Positions 28,076 through 37,336 of a stretch of 64,000 nucleotides of DNA are shown piece by piece (within the stretch, counting starts at the first letter, position 1; every line of letters begins with the position of its first letter). The DNA is taken from the NCBI GenBank assembly GCA_937862575.1, contig CALMFM010000156.1, positions 2,905 through 66,904 on the forward strand, read 5' to 3'. The stretch is from an uncultured Bacillota bacterium. GTDB taxonomy: Bacteria; Bacillota_I; Bacilli_A; Izemoplasmatales; Hujiaoplasmataceae. The translations under genes and the position numbers were made by a program. The notes beneath the pieces were generated by a model, which was given only the letters and a program-made list of their open reading frames with translations, was not told the DNA's origin and made no database searches.

Positions 28076-29905
28076 ATGACTACGTTCGAAAATCCAACCT
28101 CTATTGAATCTCGTGTTGGAATAGCGGTTGAATCTACAGAGGGGACGGCAGAAACCGAACCCACTATTGAACTTTTCGTAAATGCCGGTTCTGCGCCAGA
28201 ATTGGATTTGGTCGTAGATAATAAAATTAAGATGCAGGCATTTAACGAACCTTATAAGAGAAATGAAATTCGTGGATTTTGGCACACCGAAGGAAACCTT
28301 CCCGGTCTTAAGTTTTCTCCCACAAATGGTATTCCTGAATTTTTAGGAACAGGATTTGGGAATCCTTGGTATTCTAATCAGGTTTATACTATTACTCTGG
28401 AAGAAAATGGCGGTCTTTTGTTTAATAAAGGAGATCTCATTTTCGGTGCAACTTCCCAGGCTCGAGCAGAGGTTGTTAGAGTTGTGGGGGATGTTCTCTG
28501 GCTTACTGGGGTTCAGGGAACTTTTTCTTCAGGTGGAAACGAAGATCTTTACAATTGTCCCGGAGGAACTGACTATACAACAGATACGCTAGTTACATCT
28601 CCGGCATTTGCGGCTGTTTCTGGCTATTATTGTCATAAAATGGACGCGGTAAGGAATACTTCAAATAAAGGAGTTGTTGAGGTTCATACTACGGCAACTC
28701 AAGCCTGTCTTATGGACCAGATGCAGGACTTCTCCGAGTTCGGAGTTTCTTCTGGTAAAAAGAAGGTTTTCGTAACCGTAAAAGATGCTACGTCTGGTAC
28801 ACCAATTCCAATTTCGGGCTGGATGGGCGCTCCCATTATGGGTATTATGTTTGATGCTGGCACGGCTACTTTTACAGTTGGAGCAAAACTGTCAGCTAAA
28901 ACAGGTGGAGAAGCAGCCGATGTTATTGGTGATATTGTCGGATTTAGAGTTGATACTGGGACATGGGCTAGTGATGCAGCAGGAGTAGTTTTTGTTGCTC
29001 AGGACGCAACTGCACGGGCGATTGCAGATGGAGATGTTTTAACAGATAATAACGGAACTCCTGGTGCAGCCGTAGCCGACCAAACCGCAATTCCTGCGTA
29101 TCTTAACAATGCGGTTAGGATTTATAATACTGCGGATGCTTCAGGTTCGGCTCAGTCCTGGAATGGTGACGTTTCTACCTTCGATGAAACCGACACTTTA
29201 ACTTATACTGCCATTCAGAGAACGTTTGATCAGAAGTCTCTTAGCGTATTTGTTAAAGATGCGGGAGATAATACAAAGGTTGGGTATGGACAAAAGATTA
29301 AAGAATTATCCTTCGACATAACGGCTGATTCGTTTGCCTACAACGTCAGTCTTCTTGGAAGGAATCTTGAATATCCAACGACTGAACCCGCATATCCCGG
29401 AGGGCTTACCGATTCTTCTCCGTTCGGGGCATCAGCAAGGACGTTCGAAATTGATGGTTCTTCAGGGGGCCAAGCAGCTCAGGTAAACAAGGCCAGATTT
29501 AGCGCTACTTGGGAATTCGCACCTGGAAAGGGCGTTGTTATTTCCGAAAACTATCCGACAACTCTTCAGCCAACTTCCTATAATATTGTTGGAACTCTCG
29601 ATGTCCAGTGGAAGAATAATGCCATGATGAAGGCATTTTGGAACAATCCGTCTGGATCTGAACCCGCTGCCGGTACTCTTATTTCTAAGCGGCTTGCTTT
29701 CCTGTTGGATAGTGGCGAGGTGGTTGCTACTGGATATACCAAGATGTTATCGATTGAGGTTTTAGGAACTATCGATTCAGCAACACTGAATCGGGACCAG
29801 GATGGATATATTCAGCCAACAACCATTGAGGGCTTCATGCACGATAGTACCTATACATGGGGTCCTTCTAGGTTCTACGTTTTCGATGGAACCGCTACGC
29901 ACTAG
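28076..29905 (+). CDS. major tail tube protein with inserted domains
   Basis: VGIAVEST.GTA N-terminus; tube-like C-terminal half; followed by chaperones; no sheath gene seen. Confidence 0.7.
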   Translation: MTTFENPTSIESRVGIAVESTEGTAETEPTIELFVNAGSAPELDLVVDNKIKMQAFNEPYKRNEIRGFWHTEGNLPGLKFSPTNGIPEFLGTGFGNPWYSNQVYTITLEENGGLLFNKGDLIFGATSQARAEVVRVVGDVLWLTGVQGTFSSGGNEDLYNCPGGTDYTTDTLVTSPAFAAVSGYYCHKMDAVRNTSNKGVVEVHTTATQACLMDQMQDFSEFGVSSGKKKVFVTVKDATSGTPIPISGWMGAPIMGIMFDAGTATFTVGAKLSAKTGGEAADVIGDIVGFRVDTGTWASDAAGVVFVAQDATARAIADGDVLTDNNGTPGAAVADQTAIPAYLNNAVRIYNTADASGSAQSWNGDVSTFDETDTLTYTAIQRTFDQKSLSVFVKDAGDNTKVGYGQKIKELSFDITADSFAYNVSLLGRNLEYPTTEPAYPGGLTDSSPFGASARTFEIDGSSGGQAAQVNKARFSATWEFAPGKGVVISENYPTTLQPTSYNIVGTLDVQWKNNAMMKAFWNNPSGSEPAAGTLISKRLAFLLDSGEVVATGYTKMLSIEVLGTIDSATLNRDQDGYIQPTTIEGFMHDSTYTWGPSRFYVFDGTATH

Positions 29906-30033
29906 AATATTTTTTTTTCTAGTGTCTTTTTTTTCTTTTTTAATTGAACAAAATAACATAATCCAAAACAAATAGCAATATTTAAATACTATTAACCCAA
30001 TATTAGAATATTGATATTTTAAGAGGATGATTT

Positions 30034-30588
30034 ATGAAAATGCCCAAAATGATTTTTTCTCAAAGAAAAGAGTTGAAGCTGAATGCAGATACTAAAGTTA
30101 TCATAATGAAGCCTGGACAGGATCTTTATTTGAGATATGCTCCAAAAGTAGATAAAATGATGCGTTTAATGTTTGGAGGGAAAAATAATTCAGAGTGGAT
30201 AGAAAACGAAGAGAGTTACAACTTTGTCAATGATGTAATGAAAAATATCTTGATTTATTCGTTGAGAAATCCCAATGACTATCGGAAAAAGCTCTTGGTA
30301 GATAATGATCAGGTCCCGAGTGCAGATCAAGAGTATTACGAAGATTTTAATCCTGTTCTTGATGGAAAGATATTGGAAAGTCAGGGCTGTTTTAAAACGA
30401 TAGAGGACGACACTAAAATCTTTACTCCGATTCTTACTTTGTTTTTTATCGTATTAAGGGAATCTGGATGGATAACCACAAATGAAGAATCTACAAAGGA
30501 AAACGAAGAAGTAGATTCCTTTCTTGAAGAGTCCGAGGGGAACGAAGAAATTAATAATTGCGAATCTTTACAACCTGAGACCGAGTGA
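30034..30588 (+). CDS. tail assembly chaperone G
   Basis: follows the tail tube; acidic end; slippery TCC-TTT-C site. Confidence 0.65.
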   Translation: MKMPKMIFSQRKELKLNADTKVIIMKPGQDLYLRYAPKVDKMMRLMFGGKNNSEWIENEESYNFVNDVMKNILIYSLRNPNDYRKKLLVDNDQVPSADQEYYEDFNPVLDGKILESQGCFKTIEDDTKIFTPILTLFFIVLRESGWITTNEESTKENEEVDSFLEESEGNEEINNCESLQPETE

Positions 30589-30820
30589 GGTCATAGATCC
30601 ATTTTTTGAGTGTTCGGAAAATGTAAGAGACGAAATAGATATTTCTTATAAAATAACTCACGAAAAAAGAGTTATTAGTATTCTCAAAGGAGAAGTATCG
30701 ATAGATGGTAAAAAATCTGCGCCAAAAGATCCATATCCTAAACCAAGATGCGACTCAAGTATATTGAAGAAGGGAAGCAAGTTTCTGAAAAAAATGGCCC
30801 GAGAATCGGGATGGATTTAG
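30521..30820 (+). CDS. tail assembly chaperone T segment (+1 frameshift product)
   Basis: overlapping +1 frame with Y...PSE motif, opening just before TCC-TTT-C. Confidence 0.6.
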   Translation, partial: FLKSPRGTKKLIIANLYNLRPSEVIDPFFECSENVRDEIDISYKITHEKRVISILKGEVSIDGKKSAPKDPYPKPRCDSSILKKGSKFLKKMARESGWI

Positions 30821-32514
30821 AGGAATCTACCGATAAAGTTTTGAACGATGAAACAATGGATGCGGCCATGAAGTTGTATGAGGAAACATACAACTCCTTT
30901 TTTCTATTTTTTGAAAAAATATTTTCTATTGCCATAAAAAATAAATATGGAAAATATGTATCTGGAAAATATATAAAAAGAAGTTGCGATTTTTTACAAA
31001 ATAATAAGAGAACGATGTATCTTGGCCCGCGCGGTCATTTAAAATCTGTTAGACTTTATGCATATATTGCTTGGAAAATTTGGAGAAACAAGAAAGATAA
31101 AAAAAACATAAGAATAGATTATCTTTCTTTTAACCAAGATCTGGCAGCAATGCATGTACATAATCTAAAAGATCTTATTAATAGAACCTTTTTCTTTTAT
31201 GAGGGTCTTTACGATGAAGATTCTACTGCTACTACCAAAGCTTCATATATTTGGCTAGAACCAGGAGCCAGAAGAGAAGAACTACCAAAAATAGATTTAG
31301 GGGCTTATGGCATAATGGGAGGTCTCCGAGGCGGTCATCCTCAAATTTTGATTACAGACGATCCATATCAGAATGATATGAAAAAACAGGTTGGGGCAAT
31401 AGAACCAGATACGGTAAAGAAGATTAATGCAATTTTTGACCAAACGGTTATCCCAATGCCTCTATTCGATGGGGAGCTTCACGTTACTGGTACTCCGCAG
31501 AGTTATGCGGATTTATGGTTTAATCCTAAATACAGAAAAGAATCCGAGAAAGATTTCTTGAAATTTGAAGTTAGGATTGAGCCCGCATATAGACATTACG
31601 ATTATGTTACTCAAAAATTTATCGAGGGCGCAAAACCCGAAGCTTTATGGCCGGAGTTATTTTCATTAGAGGGTTTAAAGCAACAAGAAGAAATTCAGAC
31701 CTTCCAACAGTTTAAGCAAGAATATCTTTGTACTCCCCGTTCTTCCGCAGAATCGTTTTTTGAGATTGATCGAATAGATAAGAGTATTGAATATGGCCTA
31801 GAAGCGGGGTTGGTAAATTACGATAATGGGTTTGGGTTTTTGCCTTTTAAAAAGGAAGATTATCTTGGGGCAAAAATAGTAGCAAGCTACGATCCGGGAC
31901 AATCAAAACATCCTGCTCATTTTGCTATTTTTGCATATAAAAATGGGGTTTTAATCCAAATTTTAAGTAAATTTATGGATAATTGGGACTATACTTCAAT
32001 ATCGCTAGGTAGACCATCGCAGTTTAGATATATAAACAGTGCGGTAGAGCATTTTGGTATTCAGCAGATTTGGGGAGATAATACCAATTCGGTATTGAAA
32101 ACTACTATTGAGCGAGGAGAAATTCCTGGTTTAGTAGAGTTGAAGATATCTCATAGCCTGAAAGGGAAAATGGCGTATGCTATTCAAAAGCATCTTGGAA
32201 AGCCAGAAATAAAATTATTGAGTGACCGAAGGCAAAAAGAGACATTGCTTTCTGTTCAAAACGAAGGCTTAAAAATAGTAGAAACGAGCCAAGGCCACGG
32301 AGAATTTTTTACAACTTTGGGTTTTGTGGTCATTAACACTCTGGAGATTGGAAACGCAGGGGCCACAAAGAGAATTAAAATAAAAACAGAAAGAGAAAAT
32401 ATTCCGAAATATTATAGGGGCTTCTTCTTCGAGAGATCTTTCGGGGGCTCCAGAAGAAGAGATCTCCCCTTTAATCATTTTCCCTCAAAAAGACAGGGGA
32501 GAAGGTTGGCTTAA
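30748..32514 (+). CDS. terL: terminase large subunit
   Basis: PRGHLKS Walker A, LRGGHP, ITDDP Walker B, TGTP, LWPE, F.QEY, YDPG nuclease; likely start 30811. Confidence 0.92.
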   Translation: MRLKYIEEGKQVSEKNGPRIGMDLEESTDKVLNDETMDAAMKLYEETYNSFFLFFEKIFSIAIKNKYGKYVSGKYIKRSCDFLQNNKRTMYLGPRGHLKSVRLYAYIAWKIWRNKKDKKNIRIDYLSFNQDLAAMHVHNLKDLINRTFFFYEGLYDEDSTATTKASYIWLEPGARREELPKIDLGAYGIMGGLRGGHPQILITDDPYQNDMKKQVGAIEPDTVKKINAIFDQTVIPMPLFDGELHVTGTPQSYADLWFNPKYRKESEKDFLKFEVRIEPAYRHYDYVTQKFIEGAKPEALWPELFSLEGLKQQEEIQTFQQFKQEYLCTPRSSAESFFEIDRIDKSIEYGLEAGLVNYDNGFGFLPFKKEDYLGAKIVASYDPGQSKHPAHFAIFAYKNGVLIQILSKFMDNWDYTSISLGRPSQFRYINSAVEHFGIQQIWGDNTNSVLKTTIERGEIPGLVELKISHSLKGKMAYAIQKHLGKPEIKLLSDRRQKETLLSVQNEGLKIVETSQGHGEFFTTLGFVVINTLEIGNAGATKRIKIKTERENIPKYYRGFFFERSFGGSRRRDLPFNHFPSKRQGRRLA

Positions 32515-32966
32515 GCCTCTGCTTCCATTCCTGCTTCACATCCCGCATCAAACAAAACCTGCTCTTCATCAGTCAAAGTTTCTCCGCGAGCAACTTTTTG
32601 TGCTATAAGTTCAAATTTTCTCTTTCTTTTCTCATCTTCTTTCTTAGATTCTGCTGCCAGTTTTTTAACAACTTTAGCGAATACTCCTTCTTCAACATCT
32701 TTGTCTTTCTTTCTGTTATTTATTTGTTCATATGTTGCCAATATTTTATTTAGGTTTCCGTATTGTAGCATTTTTCTATGTGTTATCTCAAATTCGTTTG
32801 TATCTGTGTCTAAATCATGGCTAAGATTTAAAGTTCTCCAAACTAAATCGATATATAATATATCTGCTATGCTTGGTTTTTCGTTGTTTTTCAATATTCC
32901 TAGTTTTTTTCCCCGTTCTATTATCTTTGTGATATCTTGATAAATTACGCCATCTACAACAGCCAT
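32511..32966 (-). CDS. hypothetical protein, possible terminase small subunit
   Basis: helical 151 aa convergent with terL; position only. Confidence 0.35.
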   Translation of the reverse strand: MAVVDGVIYQDITKIIERGKKLGILKNNEKPSIADILYIDLVWRTLNLSHDLDTDTNEFEITHRKMLQYGNLNKILATYEQINNRKKDKDVEEGVFAKVVKKLAAESKKEDEKRKRKFELIAQKVARGETLTDEEQVLFDAGCEAGMEAEA

Positions 32967-32981
32967 ATTAATTTCTCCCGT

Positions 32982-33347
32982 TTATTTTATACTTTGCATA
33001 AAATCTTTATAAGAAAATTGTTTTTTTCGTTTTGATCTTGTTGAAAAACGGCCCGGATCGTTTCTGTCGAGTTCTTTGTAATAACCAGAACTATCCCACA
33101 GCCTCTTTTCCCCGTAGCTCTTAGCAAAAGATTCAGGATATGCATTTTCATATTTTATACCAAAATGAGCCGATAGTATATAATCAATCAAAGCCGATCT
33201 TTTACTTTCTGGAACTGTCTCTGAAATTTTTTTCAATAAAACTAGATTTAATGTTAAAGACTTTGGTCCTTTTCTTTTCTTTTTTTTAGAATTAAATTTT
33301 TGTGGTGTTATCCACCCACTTTCTGAAATATATTTTTTAAAATTCAT
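32982..33347 (-). CDS. ribbon-helix-helix-like DNA-binding protein
   Basis: SLTLN...L.......RSALID.IL. Confidence 0.5.
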   Translation of the reverse strand: MNFKKYISESGWITPQKFNSKKKKRKGPKSLTLNLVLLKKISETVPESKRSALIDYILSAHFGIKYENAYPESFAKSYGEKRLWDSSGYYKELDRNDPGRFSTRSKRKKQFSYKDFMQSIK

Positions 33348-33526
33348 TTAACTCCTGTCCATTTTTTTATTCCTGTATAATCAGGATATGCCTCTTCATA
33401 TTCTATTCCAAAATAATTAGATAGAACCTCATCAACATAATTATTTTGATCTTCACCTAAATCTTTTAATTTATTTTGAACTAAATAATTAAGATGAACT
33501 GTAATTTGTTTAGTATAAATAGACAT
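33344..33526 (-). CDS. ribbon-helix-helix-like protein (paralog of the adjacent gene)
   Basis: QITVHL...L......N.YVD.VL; shared FGI.YE.AYP. Confidence 0.5.
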   Translation of the reverse strand: MSIYTKQITVHLNYLVQNKLKDLGEDQNNYVDEVLSNYFGIEYEEAYPDYTGIKKWTGVK

Positions 33527-33540
33527 TAAATAAACATTAT

Positions 33541-33567
33541 ATATATAAAGATATATAAAGGTTTCGC
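33541..33567 (-). promoter_or_regulatory. canonical archaeal BRE-TATA promoter
   Basis: GCGAAACCTTTATATA on the minus strand; includes a 10-bp tandem ATATATAAAG x2. Confidence 0.75.
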
Positions 33568-33575
33568 TTTTTATT

Positions 33576-33594
33576 TAATTCATTTTTTTAAAAT
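33576..33594 (+). promoter_or_regulatory. putative late promoter motif, copy 7
   Basis: TAATTCATTTTTTTAAAAT upstream of the portal. Confidence 0.75.
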
Positions 33595-33628
33595 GGGATA
33601 TAGTTGAGGCAATGATTGACAAATAAAG

Positions 33629-34936
33629 ATGTCAGAATTAAAGGGAGATATTCAGTCTAAACTAGAGAGGGGTATACTTAATCAGCGCGTATCTGATCGA
33701 GATTTAATTTTAGCCGCAATGAATCCTTTGGTCCAGGCTTTATCGGGAACAGATACTCAATTAAAATTTTCTAAGCCATTTTATCATAATGTTTATGATC
33801 CGAAAGGAAAGGTTGATGTTGAGATGAGCCATGATATTGCGGAAAATTTAGAAGATATTGATTTTTTTTCCTGGGCTCAAATAGCAGATTCAGATGGATT
33901 TCGGGGCGGCAGAGGGGTTGCCGAATTAGCTTGGGGTTTAGATTCTAATTCGGGATATGCTAATTATACTGCCATGCAAAGACGGCCCTATGATTCTTTT
34001 TCCCGTCCCAAATCTGACAAAATAATCAGCACTGCCCTTCGCTGGAAGGGAATGTATTATGATAAAGAAGGACATTTAAATTTTGATCAAACTATAAATA
34101 CTGGAAATAAATCTGGAAAAATAATACAATTAAATCGAAATCAAGTTTTCTCTTTGTCTCCCTTGGGATCGAGATTTATCGATGAGAGTATTCTTGAATA
34201 TCTTTTGCCGTATTTGGATTGTGCAGCATTCTCTTTTGATTTAATTTATGTGGTAATGAATGAACAAATAAATCCAAAAGATCTCGTTATTAATGACGAA
34301 AATCTTCCTGGAACTTCATCTATTGCCAGTAGTATTCTTGAGGGGAATAATTCTATAGAAAATACTCCAATTCCTCCAAATATGAGTATAAACCGTCCCC
34401 ATTATTATGATCGTCAAGATATACTTTCTTTTTATAATTTCGCTACGCGAGAAATGTATAAGATTGTTTTTCCCATAAGTGCGCTTTCAGATGGAGGAGA
34501 GGGGAAGAGTGCGTTGCTCGATAATAGTTCTTCAACCGCAAAAATGAGTACCTTTTTCGCTTATGTTCAATCGGGAAGATTAAAGTTTTGTAGAGAAGCA
34601 AATAAAATTGGAAACAATTGGCTTGATATCAACGGTTTTAAAAAGAAGGGTTATCGTTATGAACTTATTCCTGCACCGATTGAACCTAAAGATGTACAAA
34701 ACGAATTAAAAATTATGATTGCTGCTCGCGAAAAAGGAGATATTAGTCAGCAAGAATTTAGAAATTGGGTTAATTCTACCGTTATTGGTATTCGACTTGA
34801 AGAGGATTTTGAATCCGAAGTAGATTTAGGGGAAAAGGTCCAGCCAGAAGTTGATCCAGCAGTAAAAAAAGTAATAGATAAGGTTTCCGATGGGGAAGAT
34901 CCTGTTCAAGCTATGGTAGATGTGGTTTCAAAATAA
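33629..34936 (+). CDS. portal protein
   Basis: 435 aa; G..V.EL.W, SIL..L, IS..E.R features; late motif upstream. Confidence 0.7.
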   Translation: MSELKGDIQSKLERGILNQRVSDRDLILAAMNPLVQALSGTDTQLKFSKPFYHNVYDPKGKVDVEMSHDIAENLEDIDFFSWAQIADSDGFRGGRGVAELAWGLDSNSGYANYTAMQRRPYDSFSRPKSDKIISTALRWKGMYYDKEGHLNFDQTINTGNKSGKIIQLNRNQVFSLSPLGSRFIDESILEYLLPYLDCAAFSFDLIYVVMNEQINPKDLVINDENLPGTSSIASSILEGNNSIENTPIPPNMSINRPHYYDRQDILSFYNFATREMYKIVFPISALSDGGEGKSALLDNSSSTAKMSTFFAYVQSGRLKFCREANKIGNNWLDINGFKKKGYRYELIPAPIEPKDVQNELKIMIAAREKGDISQQEFRNWVNSTVIGIRLEEDFESEVDLGEKVQPEVDPAVKKVIDKVSDGEDPVQAMVDVVSK

Positions 34937-35415
34937 AATTTGGGTTTTTCATTAAAGTCCCAATAATTACAATAATCTAATTCTACTAAATAAAAGGTGC
35001 GGCTTCTCTTTCTTTTGTTATCCCATCTTGTACTTTCTGTCCATTTATTTCTTGTTTTATTTGATACTATTATGGCTCCTGTTAGATTTGAATTACAAAT
35101 TACATAATATAAAGGCGGGGTTTTAAGATTGTCGTAATGATGTTTAACGTCTATGATTATTGTTTTGTAGGGAAATTCTTGTAAATTATTAAAGTCTATG
35201 TCGGGACGTTGTTTTACTTCGATTACATTAGATCCAACAAGTAAGTCTCCGCTATCTCCATATTGTTTTATAAGAGTCGTATTGGGTCGAATATTGATGG
35301 GCGGAAGAGATATTGTATATCCATTTAGCCTTAAATTCTGCGCTACGATCCAAGTAGCGCGATCTGAATTCAGAAGATCCTTTATAAAATCGGGATCTAT
35401 CGTATTTAAATCCAT
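34906..35415 (-). CDS. PD-(D/E)XK-like nuclease
   Basis: DSGDL....IEVKQR; start at ATG 35415. Confidence 0.6.
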   Translation of the reverse strand: MDLNTIDPDFIKDLLNSDRATWIVAQNLRLNGYTISLPPINIRPNTTLIKQYGDSGDLLVGSNVIEVKQRPDIDFNNLQEFPYKTIIIDVKHHYDNLKTPPLYYVICNSNLTGAIIVSNKTRNKWTESTRWDNKRKRSRTFYLVELDYCNYWDFNEKPKFYFETTSTIA

Positions 35416-35429
35416 AAAAACCTTTAAAA

Positions 35430-35669
35430 TTAGCCTATTTTTCTGCATCTTCGATCTTTAAATGCGCCTTCGAGATAACCGAATTTCGAGTATTTACCTC
35501 TTAACGTTACCTTCCATTTATTGCAATACATATAAGAAAACTCCATATCTTCAACATAACTACCATCATCTTCAATTTCTTTTTTTTCTAATTGGTCACA
35601 ATTTCCGCAGGGATTCAACTCGTTTACAAAAAATGTCAATTTGGAGTATTTGTTTGTTATGAACGGCAT
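35430..35669 (-). CDS. small Cys-containing protein
   Basis: AGGAGG SD; CGNC; flanked by direct repeats. Confidence 0.55.
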   Translation of the reverse strand: MPFITNKYSKLTFFVNELNPCGNCDQLEKKEIEDDGSYVEDMEFSYMYCNKWKVTLRGKYSKFGYLEGAFKDRRCRKIG

Positions 35670-35755
35670 TTAATTTCCTCCTAAGATATAAAATCTGGAT
35701 TTATTGTATTTAAATCCATAAAAAACCTTTAAGGTATATATTAGACATTTCGAAA

Positions 35756-36130
35756 TTATAATTTTTTGAATTCAAGTTTTCGTTCAGTTATATCTCCGTT
35801 ATTAATAATTATATTAGAATAATATGTTTCTAGTGGTCGTCCTGTTAACCGAGAAGATTCTTCCATATAAGAATATAACCAAGGAGATATTGGACCGTCC
35901 CATTGTGGAACAATTTTAATTACGGGTCTAGCTGTTATTGATATTACGTTTCCTTCTAATTTAGTTTTTTGTTTTACTTTGGCATACCAGAATGAGATCA
36001 TTCCACAGTTTAAACATTTTAAGATTCCTACAAGCGCATTATTATTATCACTCAAATGGTGTTTATCTTGGATAAATTCAGTGGTTTTAGATTTACAAAA
36101 TAGACAGATCCCCTCTTTTTCAATCTTCAT
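35756..36130 (-). CDS. zinc-ribbon protein
   Basis: CLFC...CLNCG. Confidence 0.55.
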   Translation of the reverse strand: MKIEKEGICLFCKSKTTEFIQDKHHLSDNNNALVGILKCLNCGMISFWYAKVKQKTKLEGNVISITARPVIKIVPQWDGPISPWLYSYMEESSRLTGRPLETYYSNIIINNGDITERKLEFKKL

Positions 36131-36573
36131 ATTTCTCCTCTCTCAATCATTTTCTTATGAATTTCACAAGCAGATTTACAATGCAGGGGCACCATAAACG
36201 AATTGCTCCATTCGGGCTCGCTACTTAGAAAAGGATGTTTTCTACACACTTCCGGTCGAGATTCATATATTTTGCATTTTTTGTTTTTTGAGTCATAAAA
36301 TTTGCAAGGTCTATCTTGTTTAATGACCAATCCTCTTCCTGTATAAGGGTTTGGTTTACAATGTCTTTTTGCCGTAGTTTTTAATGATTTTCCAAAGTGA
36401 GCAGCTAATCGCTGAAGGTCTTCAAGAGTTATATCTATTGGAGCGCATTGAGTACAGCAATTTCCACAATTATTGCACTCAAATTCCTCCTGAGCCTTTA
36501 GACGGGCGGCGTAGGTTGCGTTTATATATTTCATTTTTATTCCTGAAGAAGAGACGTTATATCTTCGATACAA
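36127..36573 (-). CDS. YkgJ-family (CxxCxxCC) cysteine-cluster protein
   Basis: FEC..CG.CC, CKF, C.IY..RP.VCR..PF. Confidence 0.85.
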   Translation of the reverse strand: MYRRYNVSSSGIKMKYINATYAARLKAQEEFECNNCGNCCTQCAPIDITLEDLQRLAAHFGKSLKTTAKRHCKPNPYTGRGLVIKQDRPCKFYDSKNKKCKIYESRPEVCRKHPFLSSEPEWSNSFMVPLHCKSACEIHKKMIERGEI

Positions 36574-36980
36574 CTAGTTATTAAATCCGCAAATCCATAC
36601 ATGGTTTCAAATTCCCCTTTCGTGAATCCGCTTGGATAATAGATTACGGTTTGCTTTCCTTTTCCTGCGGCATAGCCCAGTTCTAAATGAGAAGATCTTC
36701 CGCAAGGCATTATCATGATAACCGCATCTGCCCAGTCTATGTTTTTCTTGTCTTCTTTAAATGCTTTTTGGGCTCTCCAATCTTCGAGAAAAGTCTTAGC
36801 GTTTAAATTAGAAAGAGTTTTTTGAGGTAGTTCTTTCCAACTAAAAACAAATCTTCCACTGGAAGGATCTGTAAAATTATCTACTTCATAACCTAAGTTT
36901 TTTAGTTGTTTTGCGATAACATCTATTATTCTTTTGTTTTTCCAAGAGGAGGCCAAATATATTTTAGTTTTCATCGCCAT
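36537..36980 (-). CDS. nucleoside 2-deoxyribosyltransferase-like / dNMP N-glycosidase
   Basis: KIYLASS, D....AD......G.S..LELGYA...GK. Confidence 0.75.
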   Translation of the reverse strand: MAMKTKIYLASSWKNKRIIDVIAKQLKNLGYEVDNFTDPSSGRFVFSWKELPQKTLSNLNAKTFLEDWRAQKAFKEDKKNIDWADAVIMIMPCGRSSHLELGYAAGKGKQTVIYYPSGFTKGEFETMYGFADLITSCIEDITSLLQE

Positions 36981-37336
36981 AGTCCCAAACTTCCCGTTAT
37001 TTTATTTATTTTCTCGTTTGTATCTGGTCCGATTCCTATACAAGTTACTGTGTCGGGCTCTATTTCAGTTAGCCCAAAATCACGGACTACAAAATAAGGA
37101 ATGTTATTTAGAATGCATTTTTGTTCTAAATCGAAGATGTCTTGTTCCGTTTTAACTTTTAGAACAATTTTACGGAAACCTTCTTTTAGCCAATTACTTA
37201 AAACATAAGTAAGAATATCACTTTTCAATATTACTCCAACACTTGCATGTGCTGCCTGTACAGCCATTTTTCCGGGAGACAATTTCAAGTCTTCCCGAAA
37301 AACAATGGCCTGTTTATACAAAAAAGTAGGTTTCAT
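36971..37336 (-). CDS. pth2: peptidyl-tRNA hydrolase 2 (archaeal type)
   Basis: KQAIVFR.DLKLS.GK...Q.AHA, W...G..KIVLK, D.GLTEI....TC.GIGP, TG.L.L. Confidence 0.93.
   Translation of the reverse strand: MKPTFLYKQAIVFREDLKLSPGKMAVQAAHASVGVILKSDILTYVLSNWLKEGFRKIVLKVKTEQDIFDLEQKCILNNIPYFVVRDFGLTEIEPDTVTCIGIGPDTNEKINKITGSLGLWR

Noticed and set aside
28076-29905. contractile tail sheath
   Set aside because: The size is sheath-like, but the termini resemble siphovirus tube proteins and no baseplate wedge genes were seen; not confirmed by search.
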